DNA of 64,000 nucleotides from an uncultured Chloroflexia bacterium (lineage in GTDB: Bacteria > Chloroflexota > Dehalococcoidia > DSTF01 > JALHUB01): positions 32,001 through 96,000 of the forward strand of contig CAVSBT010000015.1 of the NCBI GenBank assembly GCA_963726245.1. Reading direction: 5' to 3'. The notes under the pieces are model-generated. The model was not told the DNA's origin, searched no databases, and saw nothing but the letters and a program-made list of their open reading frames with translations. Below are positions 39,126-52,544 of this stretch, piece by piece. Every line of letters begins with the position of its first letter. Position 1 is the stretch's first letter. The translations under genes and the position numbers were made by a program.

Positions 39126-40373
39126 CTACTCGGGCAGCAGAACTTTGGCCCAGTTGGTGAACCGCTTCAGCCAGCCCCCGAACGGCGTCGGCGGGCGCAG
39201 CTTCGTGGATTGGTAGCCGTGCGCGCTTTCGCGGACGGCCCATTGCAGGAGGCCGACGCTGGCGGCGTAAGCCGGGTCGGCCAGGGTGTCGGATAGGCCC
39301 TGGAGGTTGCGCGGCCGTCCCACGCGGGCCGGCAGCCCCGTCACCTGCTCGGCCAGGATGTCGATGCCGCTCAGCTTGGCCGAGCCGCCGGTGAGGACGA
39401 GTCCCGCCGATACGATGTCGCCCTGGACGGAGCGCTTCACCTCCATGACGATCAGCTCCAGGATCTCTTCCATACGCGCCTGGAGGATCTCGCAGAGCTG
39501 ACGGCGGTGGATGGTCCGGCGCCTCTCGCTGCCGAAGGCGTCCAGCTCCACCGTCTCGTCCGGATCGATGCTGCTTGGAATGGCGTGGCCGAGGCTGGCC
39601 TTAGCTTCCTCGGCGGCTTGGTAGGGGCAGCGCAGGCCAATGACCACGTCTCTCGTCAGGTGGTGGCCGCCCAGCGCCAGGACGGCGGTGTGGTAGACGG
39701 CGCCGTCCAGGAAGAGGGCGATGTCGGTGGTGCCGCCGCCGATGTCCGCTACCACCACGCCCTGCCGCTTCTCCTCGTCCTCCAGCACCGCCTCGGCGCT
39801 GGCCAGTGGCTGAAGGATGAGGCTGTCCACCTGCACGCCGATGCCTTCGATGCAGCGCGAGAGGTTCTGGATAGCGCTGACGGCGCCTGTCACGATGTGT
39901 GTCTCGACGTCCAAACGCTGGCCGTACATGCCCAGGGGATCGCTGACGCTGTCCTGGCCGTCCACCACGTAGTAGCGAGGGATGACATGCAGGATCTCCC
40001 GGTTGGCGGGCAGGCTGACCACGCGGGCGCCGTCGAGGGCGCGGGAGACGTCATCGGGCGTGATGGGGCGCTGGCGTTCGGGGATGGCCACTATGCCGCG
40101 GTTGTTCAGCGATTGGATGTGGCTGCCGGCGATGCCAACGTGGGCGGAGAGGATACGCGTAGCGCTCGATCGCTCCGCCTTCTCCACCGAGGCCCGTATG
40201 CATTCGCTGGCGTCCCGGATGTTGTCGACCATGCCCCGGCTGAGGCCGGCGGCGGGAGCGACTCCTACCCCGAGGATGCGCATCTCGCCCTCGCCGGCGA
40301 TCTCAGCCACCAGGGTGCAGATCTTGGTGGTGCCTACGTCTATGGAGGCAAAGGTGCTGCCTTTAGCTGCCAC
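39126..40373 (-). CDS. ftsA: Cell division protein FtsA
   Basis: IDVGTTKIC, DIGGGTTD, VLTGGSAKL. Confidence 0.96.
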   Translation of the reverse strand: MAAKGSTFASIDVGTTKICTLVAEIAGEGEMRILGVGVAPAAGLSRGMVDNIRDASECIRASVEKAERSSATRILSAHVGIAGSHIQSLNNRGIVAIPERQRPITPDDVSRALDGARVVSLPANREILHVIPRYYVVDGQDSVSDPLGMYGQRLDVETHIVTGAVSAIQNLSRCIEGIGVQVDSLILQPLASAEAVLEDEEKRQGVVVADIGGGTTDIALFLDGAVYHTAVLALGGHHLTRDVVIGLRCPYQAAEEAKASLGHAIPSSIDPDETVELDAFGSERRRTIHRRQLCEILQARMEEILELIVMEVKRSVQGDIVSAGLVLTGGSAKLSGIDILAEQVTGLPARVGRPRNLQGLSDTLADPAYAASVGLLQWAVRESAHGYQSTKLRPPTPFGGWLKRFTNWAKVLLPE

Positions 40374-40403
40374 CTCGACCCCTCCTTCCTCACAGCGGGT
40401 CCC

Positions 40404-42270
<1,867 letters not shown>

Positions 42271-42271
<1 letters not shown>

Positions 42272-43195
42272 CAGAAGCCCTCCCCCACCAGCGCCACCTC
42301 CAGCTCGAGCTCGATGCCGAAGCGGGCCATGACCCGCTCTCGCGCCAGCTCGATGAGGGCTTTCACGTCGGCGGCGCGGGCATGGCCGGCGTTGATGAAG
42401 AAGTTGGCGTGCTTGGGCGAGATGACGGCCTCGCCGATGCGATGTCCCTTCAGTCCTACCTGGTCGATGAGCCACCAGGCCGGGTGCTCCGGGGCGTTCT
42501 TGAAGATGGAACCGGCGTTGCGGCCTCGAGGCTGCGCGGCCAGCCGCCGGCGGTCCAGCTCCGACTACCCGCTCCACGAGCTGAGCGGCGTCGCCGCGCA
42601 GGAGGCGGAAGGTCGCGGAGAGGACGGCCTTGTTCTCCAGGAGGCCGCGGGTGAAGGCGCTGCCCCGGTAGGCCAGCTCCAGGTCGGCGGCGGGCACGTC
42701 ATGCTCGCCGTTGCTGTTGGCGATGCGGACGCTGAGCAGGATGTCGGCCAGGCAGCCGCCGTAGGCGCCGGCGTTGTAGACGACGGCGCCGCCGACAGTG
42801 CCGGGGATGCCGCCCGCCCACTCGAGGCCGGCCCAGCCCTGACGTGCCAGGCTGCGGGCCAGGGCGGCGAGGCTGACGCCGGAGGCCGCTTCGAGCAAAG
42901 CGCCGTCACCGTCCGGGCGTGGACCCTCGACCTGGGTGGCGCGGTTCTCGATCACAACCCCGCGGATGCCCAGGTCGCCGACCAGGATGTTGCTGCCCGA
43001 CCCCAGGACGAAGAAGGGCGTCCGGTAGCGATGGCAGAGGGCGAGGGCCCCGGCCAGCGCCTCCGGCGAGCCGGCCACGACGTACACGTCGGCGGGCCCG
43101 CCGATGCCGAAGGTGGTGTGGCGGGCCAGCGGCTCCTCCTCTCGGACCGGGCCCAGCGCGGCCAGCTCAGCTACGAGTTCGCGCGCTATCATCAC
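42271..43195 (-). CDS. murB: UDP-N-acetylenolpyruvoylglucosamine reductase, frameshift near 42565
   Basis: HTTFGIGGPA, LGSGSNIL, GIPGTVGGAVVYNAGAYG, NAGSIFKN, KHANFFIN. Confidence 0.95.
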
Positions 43196-44614
43196 GCCTT
43201 CCTGCTCCGCAGGCGCTCCAGCACCATGGGGCCTACCTGGTCCACGTCGCCGGCGCCGATGGTGAAGAACACGTCGCCCGGCTTGAGCAGCGCGGCGACC
43301 GTCTCCGCCGCCTCCTCGAACGTGGCGACGAAGCGGGCGCGCGGCCGCTCGATGGCCTCGGCCAGTTGGCGGCCGTCCATGCCGGCGTCGGGCGTCTCGC
43401 GGGCGGCGTAGGTGTCAGCGATCAGCAGCTCGTCCACGTCTTCGAAGCAGGTACGGAAGCCCTCCAGCAGATAGCGCGTGCGGCTGTAGGTGTGGGGCTG
43501 GAAGAGGCACACCAGCCGCCGGCCGCGGAAGCGCTGGCGGGCGGTGGCCAGGGTGGCGCGCACCTCCGTCGGGTGGTGGGCGTAGTCGTCCATGACGGTG
43601 ACGCCGCCGGCCTCGCCCACCAGCTCGAAGCGCCGGTGGACGCCCCGGAAGGCGGCCACGGCCTCCCGCACCGTCTCCAGCGGCACGTCCAGGGCGTGGG
43701 CGGTGGCGATGGCGGCCAGGGAATTGGCAACGTTGTGGCGGCCGGGAATGCCGGTGTGGAACGCACCGTGGACCTGCCCCTGACGGAGCGCCCGGAACGA
43801 GTAGGAGCCGTCGGGCTGGGGCTCCAGGGCCTCGGCAGTCCAGTGGGCAGGGCCGTCCAGGGCGTAGGACTCGACATAACGTGCGACGACATGAGCCGCC
43901 GGCGGGCTGCCGTCGAACCCGAGGAGGCGGCGCACTGTCGCGTTGTCGGCGCAGCCGATGATGCGCCCGTCGGCGGGCACCTGGCTCAGGAAGCGGCCGA
44001 AGGTCTCGGTCAGGCGCTCCAGGGAGCCGTAGATGTCGAGGTGGTCGGCCTCGACGTTGGTGACCACGGCTAGCTGCGGGTGGTAGCTCGAGGAAGGCGG
44101 CGTCGAACTCGTCGGCCTCCACCACGACGTGGCGGCCGCTGCCGGCGGCGGCGTTGCCTCCCAGGTCGGGTACCTCGCCACCGATCAGGTAGGTGGGCGA
44201 GAGGTCGGCCCGCTTCAGGATGAAGGCGATGAGGGCGGAGGTGGTGGTCTTGCCGTGGCTGCCGGCAACGGCGACGGCGTAGCGGCCCTCCATGAGGCGG
44301 GCGACCATCTCGGCGCGCTTGATGACGGGCAGGCCGCGACGGCGAGCCTCGGCGATCTCGGGGTTGTCGTCGCGGGCGGCGGACGTGATCACCACCAGCG
44401 CCGCCTCGCCCACGTTCTCTGCACGATGCCCTTCGAAGAAGGAGGCCCCCTCGGCGGCCAGGCGGTCGGTGAGCGACGACGGCCGCAGGTCGGAGCCGGT
44501 GACGGTGTGGCCCCAGGTCAGCAGGATGTGGGCGATGGCGGACATGTGTATCCCGCCGATGCCCACCAGGTGCACTCGCTGGGGGATTTGCTGGCCGACC
44601 GGTGTTTCTGTCAT
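43192..44614 (-). CDS. murC: UDP-N-acetylmuramate--L-alanine ligase, frameshift near 44090
   Basis: HLVGIGGIHMSAIA, AGSHGKTTT, VEADE, NVEADHLD, DDYAHHPTE, FQPHTYSR, GAGD. Confidence 0.96.
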
Positions 44615-44625
44615 CGTCCTCACGT

Positions 44626-45736
44626 TCAGGCTGCCGCCTCCAGCACCAGCCGCGCGATATCGCGGGCCGCCTCTGGCCGGGCGGCGCCGCGCAGGGCGGC
44701 GGCCATGGAATCCAAGCGTGGCCGGTCGCCCAAGAGCTCGCGCACGCGCTCGAACAGGCTGGGCAGGTCTTCTTCTTCCAGGACGACGGCCCCGCCCAAG
44801 TCCGCGAGGTAGCGGGCGTTGGCCCGCTGGTGGCCGCCGGCGTAGGGATAGGGGACCAGGATGGCGGGCAGGCCCACGGCCGTCAGCTCGCCCAGCGTCG
44901 AGGCGCCGGAGCGCATGACCGCCAGGTCGGCGGCGGCCATCGCCCACGGCATCTCCTCGTGGAGGTAGTCGTGCAGGTGGTAGGCGGAGCGCGGGGCGGG
45001 CCGCGGGCGGGCAGGCAGGCTGTCGCGGGCCTTGGCCAGCCAGCCATGGTCGGCGCGACCGGACACGTGCACCACCTGGCACACCTCCAGCAGCCGCGGG
45101 AGCTGTTCGGCCACGGCCTGATTGATGGCGCGTCCGCCCTGACTGCCGCCGCTGACGAACAACGTCGGGAGCTGCGGCTCGAGGCCAAGGCGGCGGCGCC
45201 CTTCGTCCTTCTGAGTATCGAAGAAGGCGCGTCGCACCGGGTAGCCGGTGACCACGGCCTTGCCCGACGGTAGTCGCGCCACCGCCGGCTCGGCCGTGAC
45301 GGCTATCCGGCGCGCCAGACGGGCCATGAGGCGCACGGCCCAGCCGGGCACCAGGTCCGGTAGGTACACGACCAGTGGTCGCCGTCGTAGGGCGGCTGCC
45401 AGAGACACCGGCACGCTGGCGTAGCCGCCGGTGGCGAAGACGACGTCGGGCCGGAAGCGGCCGAGCGGCGCGTGTGGCCTGGAGAGCGCCGGCCGTCAGG
45501 TTGGCGAGGCCCTTCGCCAGGTTCCACGGCGTGGCGCCGCGAAGCGCGCCGGCCCTGATTGGCTGGAAGTCCAGGCCCTCACGCCGCACCAGTTCCTCCT
45601 CGCCGCGCGCCCTGGGGCCTACGAAGAGCAGGTCCACCGGACGCTCCGCCGTCGAGAGCTCACGAAGGGCGGCCGCGACGGCCAGGGCCGGGTACACGTG
45701 TCCGCCGGTGCCGCCGCCGGTCAGCATCACTTTCAC
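44626..45736 (-). CDS. murG: Undecaprenyl-PP-MurNAc-pentapeptide GlcNAc transferase, frameshift near 45470
   Basis: TGGGTGGHVYPA, TGGYASVP, GGSQGG, RSGASTLGE, HQRANA. Confidence 0.95.
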
Positions 45737-46941
45737 CGGCGTCCTTTCTTGCTTGCGGGGCGGGCGGGCCAGCCCGCCCGCTTAGCACGCGGCAGCACCT
45801 GCCTCTCGCGGTCCAGGTAGCCCTTGTCGCGCCCATAGCGCGATACGCTGAGGACGATGCCGATGCCGGCGAGGATAGCCGCCAGCGCCGAGCTGCCATA
45901 GCTCAGGAAGGGCAGCGGCACGCCCGTCAGCGGTATGGAGCGGGTGATGCCGCCTATGTTTATCAGGCTCTGGTAGGCGATCCAGCTAATCACGCCCACC
46001 GTCAGCAGGGCCCCGAAGTCGTCGCGGGCGTTCGCCACCGTCCGAAAGCAGCGGTAGATGAGGAAGGCGAAGAGGGCTATGACCACCACGGCGCCGATGA
46101 AGCCCATCTCCTCGCCGATGATGGCGAAGATGCCGTCGGTGTGGGCGCCGGGCACGTAGAAGAACTTCTGGCGGCTGGCGCCGATGCCCAGACCGTGGAT
46201 GCCGCCGCTGCCCAGGGCGATGAGGAGCTGGAGGATGTGAAAGCCGCGGCCGGAGGGGTCGTCCTCGGCGGAGGTGAAGCCTATGATGCGGTCCAGCCGG
46301 TACTGGCCGGCCAGGATGAGGAAGCCGCCCATGACGGCCCCAATCGGCAGTAGAGCCGACAGGTGGGTCAGGGAGCCGCCGGCCACGAAGAAGAGGGTGA
46401 CCATGACGAGGGTGATGATGAGGGTGGTGCCCATGTCGGGCTCAAGCATCACCAGGCCTCCCACGAGCCCCACCAGCAGAACGAAGGGCACGAAGCTCAT
46501 GGCGAAGCTCTTCACCTCGAGCTTGGGGGAGGTCAGCCAGGCCGAGACGTAGACGATCAAGGCCAGCTTGGCGAACTCGCTGGGCTGCACCGGCGGCAGG
46601 GGCCCGAAGGCGATCCAGCGCGTGGAGCCGTTGGCCTCGAAGCCGATGCCGGGTACCAGGACCGCGACGAGCCCCAGCAGAGCGGCCGCCATCAGGAACG
46701 GGCTCACCTGGCGCAGCAGGTGGTAGTCCATGCGCATCAGTATCACCAGGGCCGTCAGCCCCAGGAGAGCCCCACCGACCTGGCGGACCACGAAGTAGGT
46801 GACGTCGTTATACTCGACCTGGCCCAGGGCGAAGCTGGCGCTGTAGACGGTGATCAGGCCCAGCACCAGCAGCGCCATCACCAGAGCGAGGATGACGTAG
46901 TCCGGCTGGCCGGCGCGGAGGCGGCTGGTCTGCGTGGCCAC
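45733..46941 (-). CDS. ftsW: SEDS peptidoglycan polymerase FtsW
   Basis: NGSTRWI, QPSEFAKL, EPDMGT, HTDGIFAIIGEEMG, TGVPLPFLSYG. Confidence 0.95.
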   Translation of the reverse strand: MATQTSRLRAGQPDYVILALVMALLVLGLITVYSASFALGQVEYNDVTYFVVRQVGGALLGLTALVILMRMDYHLLRQVSPFLMAAALLGLVAVLVPGIGFEANGSTRWIAFGPLPPVQPSEFAKLALIVYVSAWLTSPKLEVKSFAMSFVPFVLLVGLVGGLVMLEPDMGTTLIITLVMVTLFFVAGGSLTHLSALLPIGAVMGGFLILAGQYRLDRIIGFTSAEDDPSGRGFHILQLLIALGSGGIHGLGIGASRQKFFYVPGAHTDGIFAIIGEEMGFIGAVVVIALFAFLIYRCFRTVANARDDFGALLTVGVISWIAYQSLINIGGITRSIPLTGVPLPFLSYGSSALAAILAGIGIVLSVSRYGRDKGYLDRERQVLPRAKRAGWPARPASKKGRR

Positions 46942-46943
46942 GA

Positions 46944-48356
46944 CTACTGCCCTCCTCGTCCGCCCGTGGCGGAGCGAAGCGCCAGGACCAGGCGGCGGAA
47001 CTCCTCGCCCCGCTGCTCGAAGTTCTCGAAGGCGTCGAAGCTGGTGCAGGCCGGCGAGAGCAGGACGACGTCGCCCGGACGGGCGGCGCCGCCGGCAGCC
47101 GACACCGCCTCGGCCAGCGCGCCCGCCTTCAGTACTGAGGCCTCTCCTCCGGGGCGAGCTCGCGGCTGGCGGCCTGCAGCGCACCCTCCATCACCGCCGC
47201 CGCCTCGCCGAAGACGACCACGGCCCGGCAGCGCCGGCAGGCCTCGGCTGCCATTTCCTCCAGGGGCAGGTGCTTCTCGCGCCCGCCCAGCAGCAGCACC
47301 ACCGGCTCCTCGAAGGAGCGCAGGCCGGCCAGTGTGCGCTCCGGCGTCGTGGCGATGGAATCGTTGTAGTAGTCGACGCCTCCCACGCGGGCGACCAGCT
47401 CCAGGCGGTGGGGCGCCGGCCGGAAGGCGCGTATGGCCGCGGCCATGTCGGACGGCGGCAGGCCGCAGGCGGCGCCCACTGCTACCGCCGCCACGACGTT
47501 GTTCAGGTTGTGCCGCCCGCGCAGCGGCACCTCCGATGCCTCCAGGACGGCCGTCTCGCGGCCACCGCGCCGGCAGATCACGACTCCATCGCGCAGGAAG
47601 GCGCCGTCGCCGGGAGGCTCGGCGTCAAGGGCGAAGAAGAGCACCTCGCCGGCAGCGTCGCCGGCCGTCTTCCGGGCCACCTCGTCCTCGTAGTTCAGGA
47701 CTGCCAGATCACCCGTCCGCTGGTAGGCCAGTATCTTGCGCTTGAGCGCCACGTAGTCGGGCCAGGTGTAGCGGTCCAGGTGGTTGGGCGTGATGTTGAG
47801 GATGCAGGCCACGTGCGGGCTGCGGTCCATCAGCTCGAGCTGGGTGTGGCTGATCTCCAGCACTACCCAGGTTTCGGGCGTCAGCCGGTCGAGGAGCGCC
47901 AGCAGGCCGACGCCGATGTTGCCGCCCACGGCGTGCGGCCGGCCGGCGGCGGCGAACATGCTGCCGACCAGGCCGGTGACGGTGGTCTTGCCACTGCTGC
48001 CGGTGATGCCGACCACCGGCCCCGGACAGAGCTCCAGGAAGAGACGCATCATGGAGCTGAAGGGGATGCCCTTCTCCTGGGCCGCCCGCAGGGCCGGGAT
48101 GTCCAGCGGCACCCCCTGGGAGACGAAGACCACGTCCGCCGACACGGTATCGGCGACGGCGTTCTCGCCCAGATGAGAGGCGCACCGGCACGCCGTTCAA
48201 CTCCTTCAGGCGGTGGGCCAGCCGATCGGCGGGCCTGGCGTCGCTGGCCGTGACTTCGGCGCCCTGGGCCGCCAAATAGCGCACCAAGTCGACCCCTTCG
48301 ATGCCGAGACCGACCACCGTCACTTTCTTGCCCCGGAAGTCCGGATAAGCGGTCAT
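46944..48356 (-). CDS. murD: UDP-MurNAc-L-Ala--D-glutamate ligase, frameshifted
   Basis: [56 protein letters not shown]. Confidence 0.94.
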
Positions 48357-48362
48357 AGCATT

Positions 48363-49337
48363 TTAACTAATTGTCAAGGCCAATGCTATACCCAAAAGGC
48401 CCCCAACCATGCCGATTAGCCAAAATCTGGTCACAACCTGCGGCTCAGACCAGCCCAGAAGCTCAAAGTGGTGGTGAAGGGGCGTCATGCGAAAGACGCG
48501 CCGCCCTCCCGTGAGCCGGAAGACGGCGATCTGGATGACGTCGGACAGGGCTTCTATGACAAAAACGACCCCTACCACGGGCAGAAGCAGCCACTGGCCG
48601 GTCATGAGGGCCACCACCGCCAGGGCCGAACCCAGGGCCATCGCCCCCGTGTCGCCCATGAAGACGCTGGCCGGGTGGGCGTTGTACCAGAGAAAGCCCA
48701 GGGTTGCTCCCACCACCGTGAAGCTGAACGTGGCCAGGAAGGTCTGCTCCTGGAGAAAGGCGATGACTCCGTAGGCGCCGAAAGCCAGGGCGGCGGTGCC
48801 GCCGGCCAGCGCGTCGAGGCCGTCGGTGACGGCGACGGCGCTGGTGGTGCCGACGAAGATGGCTACCGCCAGGGGGATATAGACCAGCCCTATCTCGTGC
48901 TTCCCGAAGTGGGGCACGTTGATGCTGCGGGCATCCAGGCCGTAGTAGAGGACCAGGGCGGCGGTCAGCCCCAGGGCCGTCAAAGCACCCAACTTGGCGA
49001 TCATGTGGACGCGGGCGTGCGCTTCGATGCGCTCGTTGCGTTCCAGGGTCAGGTAATCGTCGACGAGGCCGAGGAGCCCGGCGGCGACGATGGCGCCCAG
49101 CGGCAGGAAGATTGAGCGGTGGCCTGTGAGGTTGGTGGGCGCCGTCACCAGGAACACCGCCCCGAAGATGAGCAGGCCGCCCATGGTGGGGGTGCCGGCC
49201 TTGACGGCGTGCGAGGCGGGCCCGTCGGCGCTGATCGCCTTGCCCAGGCCGCTCCGTCGCAGCAAGGCGACCACTGGGCCTCCCGCTGCAAGCGAGAGCA
49301 CGAAGGCCGCAGACCCGACAACGAGCGCGTAGACCAT
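48363..49337 (-). CDS. mraY: Phospho-MurNAc-pentapeptide transferase
   Basis: KAGTPTMGG, DDY, TDGLDALA, FMGDTGAMALG, MTPLHHHFE. Confidence 0.96.
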   Translation of the reverse strand: MVYALVVGSAAFVLSLAAGGPVVALLRRSGLGKAISADGPASHAVKAGTPTMGGLLIFGAVFLVTAPTNLTGHRSIFLPLGAIVAAGLLGLVDDYLTLERNERIEAHARVHMIAKLGALTALGLTAALVLYYGLDARSINVPHFGKHEIGLVYIPLAVAIFVGTTSAVAVTDGLDALAGGTAALAFGAYGVIAFLQEQTFLATFSFTVVGATLGFLWYNAHPASVFMGDTGAMALGSALAVVALMTGQWLLLPVVGVVFVIEALSDVIQIAVFRLTGGRRVFRMTPLHHHFELLGWSEPQVVTRFWLIGMVGGLLGIALALTIS

Positions 49338-49338
49338 C

Positions 49339-50700
49339 TCAATCCACCAGCAGGGGCAGCACCGTCTCCAGGGCCATGGCCCGCGACGCCTTCAGCAGGA
49401 CGACATCGCCGGGCTCCAGGCGCTGGCGCAGGTCCTGGGCTGCCTCTTCCTTCGAGTTCCAGAAGCTGACGTCGCTGTGGCCGGCCTGGCGGGCCGCCTC
49501 TCCTGTCAGGCGGCCCAGGTCGCCCACGGCGTAGATGAGCTCGGCGACCTCAGCGGCGCGCCGGCCCACCGAGCGGTGTCCCTGCTTCTCCAGGGCACCC
49601 AGCTCCCGCATGTCTCCCAGCACGGCGATGCGACGCCCCGGCAGCTCGGCCAGCAGGTCCAGCGCCGCCATCATGGATGACGGGCTGGCGTTGTAGGTGT
49701 CGTCCAGGATGGTGGCGCCGCAGCGAGCGCGGTGCACGCTGAGCCGCAGCGACACCTGGGCCTTCGCCAGGGCCGAGACCACCTCGTTGAGGGCCAGGCC
49801 TTCCACGAGGCCGGCGGCGGCGGCGGCCAGGGCGTTGTGGAGGAGCTGCCGCCCCGGCAGGTGCGTCTGGACGCGGATGCGACGGCCGCCGCACTCGATG
49901 GTGAAGGCGATGCCCTCCAGTCCACGGCCCTCCACGTCGAGGCCACGCACGTCGCAGCCCGGCGATGTCCCGTAGTGGAGGACGCGCGCGCTGGTGCGCT
50001 TGGCCATGGCGGCCACCCGGGGGTCGTCGCCGTTGAGGATGGCGGTCCCTTCGGGCGGCAGGCTCTCCACCAGCTCAGCCTTGGCATCGGCGATGGCCTC
50101 CAGGCTCCCCAGGCGCTCCAGGTGGGAAGGTCCCACGTTGGTGACTATGCCCACCCGCGGCCGGGCGATCTGACAGAGCAGGCGGATCTCCCCCAGGCCG
50201 TACATGCCCATCTCCAGTACGGCCCTCTCGTGCTCGGGGCGGAGATCGAGCAGGGTCAGCGGCAGCCCAATTTCGTTGTTGTAGTTAGCCTCGTTCTTGA
50301 GGACACGGTAGCGGGTGCCGAGGACGGCCGCCGTGATCTCCTTGGTCGTCGTCTTGCCGACGCTGCCCGTGATGCCGATGACCTCCACCGGGGATCGCTC
50401 GCGGCGGGCGGCGGCCAGGCGCTGGAGGGCGGCCAGCGAGTCGGGCACGACGTAGGCGGCGACGCCGTTGGCCAGGGCTTCGGGCATGTGCTGGACGAGG
50501 AGGCCGGCGGCGCCGCCCGTTATCGCTTCCTGGAGAAAGGTATGGCCGTCCTCGTGCTCGCCGCGCAGGGCCACGAAGAGGTCGCCCCGCTGCACCTGGC
50601 GGGAGTCCGTGACCACCCGCCGGAAGCTGCGAGCGCGGCCGGGACGGCTCTCCAGAAGAACGGGCTTGAGGCTGCGGGCCACTTCCGCGGCGCTAATCAT
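49339..50700 (-). CDS. murF: UDP-MurNAc-tripeptide--D-Ala-D-Ala ligase
   Basis: TDSR, GITGSVGKTTTKE, NNEIGLP, DDTYNASP, LGDMRELG, LLKASR. Confidence 0.95.
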   Translation of the reverse strand: MISAAEVARSLKPVLLESRPGRARSFRRVVTDSRQVQRGDLFVALRGEHEDGHTFLQEAITGGAAGLLVQHMPEALANGVAAYVVPDSLAALQRLAAARRERSPVEVIGITGSVGKTTTKEITAAVLGTRYRVLKNEANYNNEIGLPLTLLDLRPEHERAVLEMGMYGLGEIRLLCQIARPRVGIVTNVGPSHLERLGSLEAIADAKAELVESLPPEGTAILNGDDPRVAAMAKRTSARVLHYGTSPGCDVRGLDVEGRGLEGIAFTIECGGRRIRVQTHLPGRQLLHNALAAAAAGLVEGLALNEVVSALAKAQVSLRLSVHRARCGATILDDTYNASPSSMMAALDLLAELPGRRIAVLGDMRELGALEKQGHRSVGRRAAEVAELIYAVGDLGRLTGEAARQAGHSDVSFWNSKEEAAQDLRQRLEPGDVVLLKASRAMALETVLPLLVD

Positions 50701-50741
50701 AGCTTTGCTCTCTGCCCCTCGCCCTTCTCCGCCCTGCCGGT

Positions 50742-52475
50742 TCACGGCTCCTGCTGGACCATCTCTGACGCGTCGGGCTGCACGTTCAGGTAGGACAGGA
50801 TCTTGGGGGCCAGGGTGCCGAACACGGGGGCTGCCACCCGGCCGCCCAAGGGATCGTCCTTGGGCTGGTCGATCTTCACCAGCATGATCATCTGCGGGTC
50901 CTGGACGGGCGCGAAGCCCACGAAGGAGGCGATGGTGGAGTTCAGGTCGTAGCCGCCGGGGATGGAGACAATGGTAGTGCCTGTCTTGCCGGCCACGTGA
51001 TAGCCGGGGACCCGCGCCAGGTGGTAAGGCACGCCCTCCACCACCTGGTTCATCATCTGAGCGACGGTCCTCGCTGTGGCCTCCGAGATGGCCTGCCTGA
51101 CGACCACCGGCTCGTACACCCGGCGGCCCTGAGGCCCCGACACCTCCTGCACGATGTAGGGTCGCATGAGCTTGCCGCCGTTGGCAATCGCCGCCACGGC
51201 GGTTATGACCTGAAGAGGGGTGGCGGCGACGCCCTGTCCAAAGCTGTTGGTGGCCAGGTCCACCGGATACCAGCCATCCTCGTCGCTGCTGCGCACCAGA
51301 CCCTCGGCCTCGCCGCCCAGGCCCGAGTTGGTGGGCTCGCCGAAGCCGAAGCGCTGCAGGTAAGCGTAGAAGTTGTCCGCTCCGATGAGGCCGGAGAGCC
51401 AGACGGCGCCCGTGTTCAGGCTCTTCTGCAGGAGCTCCGTCGCTGTCTGCGTACCGTTGGTGCTGTAGTCCCAGTTGGTGATGGTGGAGCCGCCGATGGT
51501 GACGGAGCCGGCGTCGTAGTAAGTCGTGTCGGGGTTCACGAGGCCGAGGTCGACGGCGGTGGACATGGTGATAACCTTCATGACAGAGCCGGGCTCGTAG
51601 ACGTCGGTGACGGCGCGGTTGCGGAACAGGCTCTGGTCTAGCTTGCCGGACAGGTCCAGGTGGCTGAGCTGGAAGCTGGGGCGGCTCGCCATAGCCAGGA
51701 TGGCGCCGGTCTTGGGGTCCATGACGATGATCGTGCCGCCGCTGGCGCTGTGCTTCTTTATGTCCTGGTCCAGCTCCTCTTCCACCAGCCGCTGGATGTA
51801 GCGGTCGATGGTGAGGCGGACGTCGCCGCCCGGCACAGCGGGCTGGCCCCGTTGGGTGCCCAAGGGAATGGGGTTACCCAGGCTGTCCCGCTCGAAGTAG
51901 AGGTCGCCGGGCGTGCCGGACAGCTCGTCCTGGAGGTCCGCCTCCAGGCCGGCCAGGCCCACGTGGTCGCGGCCGGTGAAGCCCAGGAGAGCGGAGGCCA
52001 GGTCGCCTTCGGGGTAGAAGCGGCGGGTCGAAGGGACGGCCTTCAGGCCGGGCAGTCCGAGGTTGATGACGCTCTGGCCTTTGTTGTAGTCGATCCCCAG
52101 GGCGAGGGTGTAGTCGCCGTCGGGCTCGCCGGCGATGCCGGCCACGATGTCATCCACCCGCTTGTTCACCAGCGGGGCCAGGGTTTGAGCCCACCGGCGG
52201 AGCGAAGTCGGGTCCTGCCAGGAGCGGCGCTCGATGTAGAGGTCATAGGCGTCGAGGCTGGTCGCCAGGGGGTAGCCGTTGCGGTCCAAGATGGCGCCGC
52301 GGGTGGGGCTAACCGTCTGGCGGCTCAGATGTTCCTGCTGAGCCTCAACGGCGTAGTAGTGGTGATGCACGATCTGGAGATAGGCAAGGCGACCCACCAG
52401 GCCCAAAGCGCCGATTGCGAAGACCAGCGCCAGGACGATGAGCCGCCACGATACGCGACCCGCGCGTCCGGACAT
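50742..52475 (-). CDS. ftsI: Class B penicillin-binding protein (FtsI/PBP2 family)
   Basis: N-terminal TM, RGAILDRNG, YEPGSVMK (SxxK), KSLN (SxN), GKTGT (KTG). Confidence 0.93.
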   Translation of the reverse strand: MSGRAGRVSWRLIVLALVFAIGALGLVGRLAYLQIVHHHYYAVEAQQEHLSRQTVSPTRGAILDRNGYPLATSLDAYDLYIERRSWQDPTSLRRWAQTLAPLVNKRVDDIVAGIAGEPDGDYTLALGIDYNKGQSVINLGLPGLKAVPSTRRFYPEGDLASALLGFTGRDHVGLAGLEADLQDELSGTPGDLYFERDSLGNPIPLGTQRGQPAVPGGDVRLTIDRYIQRLVEEELDQDIKKHSASGGTIIVMDPKTGAILAMASRPSFQLSHLDLSGKLDQSLFRNRAVTDVYEPGSVMKVITMSTAVDLGLVNPDTTYYDAGSVTIGGSTITNWDYSTNGTQTATELLQKSLNTGAVWLSGLIGADNFYAYLQRFGFGEPTNSGLGGEAEGLVRSSDEDGWYPVDLATNSFGQGVAATPLQVITAVAAIANGGKLMRPYIVQEVSGPQGRRVYEPVVVRQAISEATARTVAQMMNQVVEGVPYHLARVPGYHVAGKTGTTIVSIPGGYDLNSTIASFVGFAPVQDPQMIMLVKIDQPKDDPLGGRVAAPVFGTLAPKILSYLNVQPDASEMVQQEP

Positions 52476-52544
52476 CTTCCTGCTTTCGCTAGATGCTGTT
52501 GTCGCCCGCCGGTCCGCCGAGCCGAGGCCGAGGGGCGATATTGA

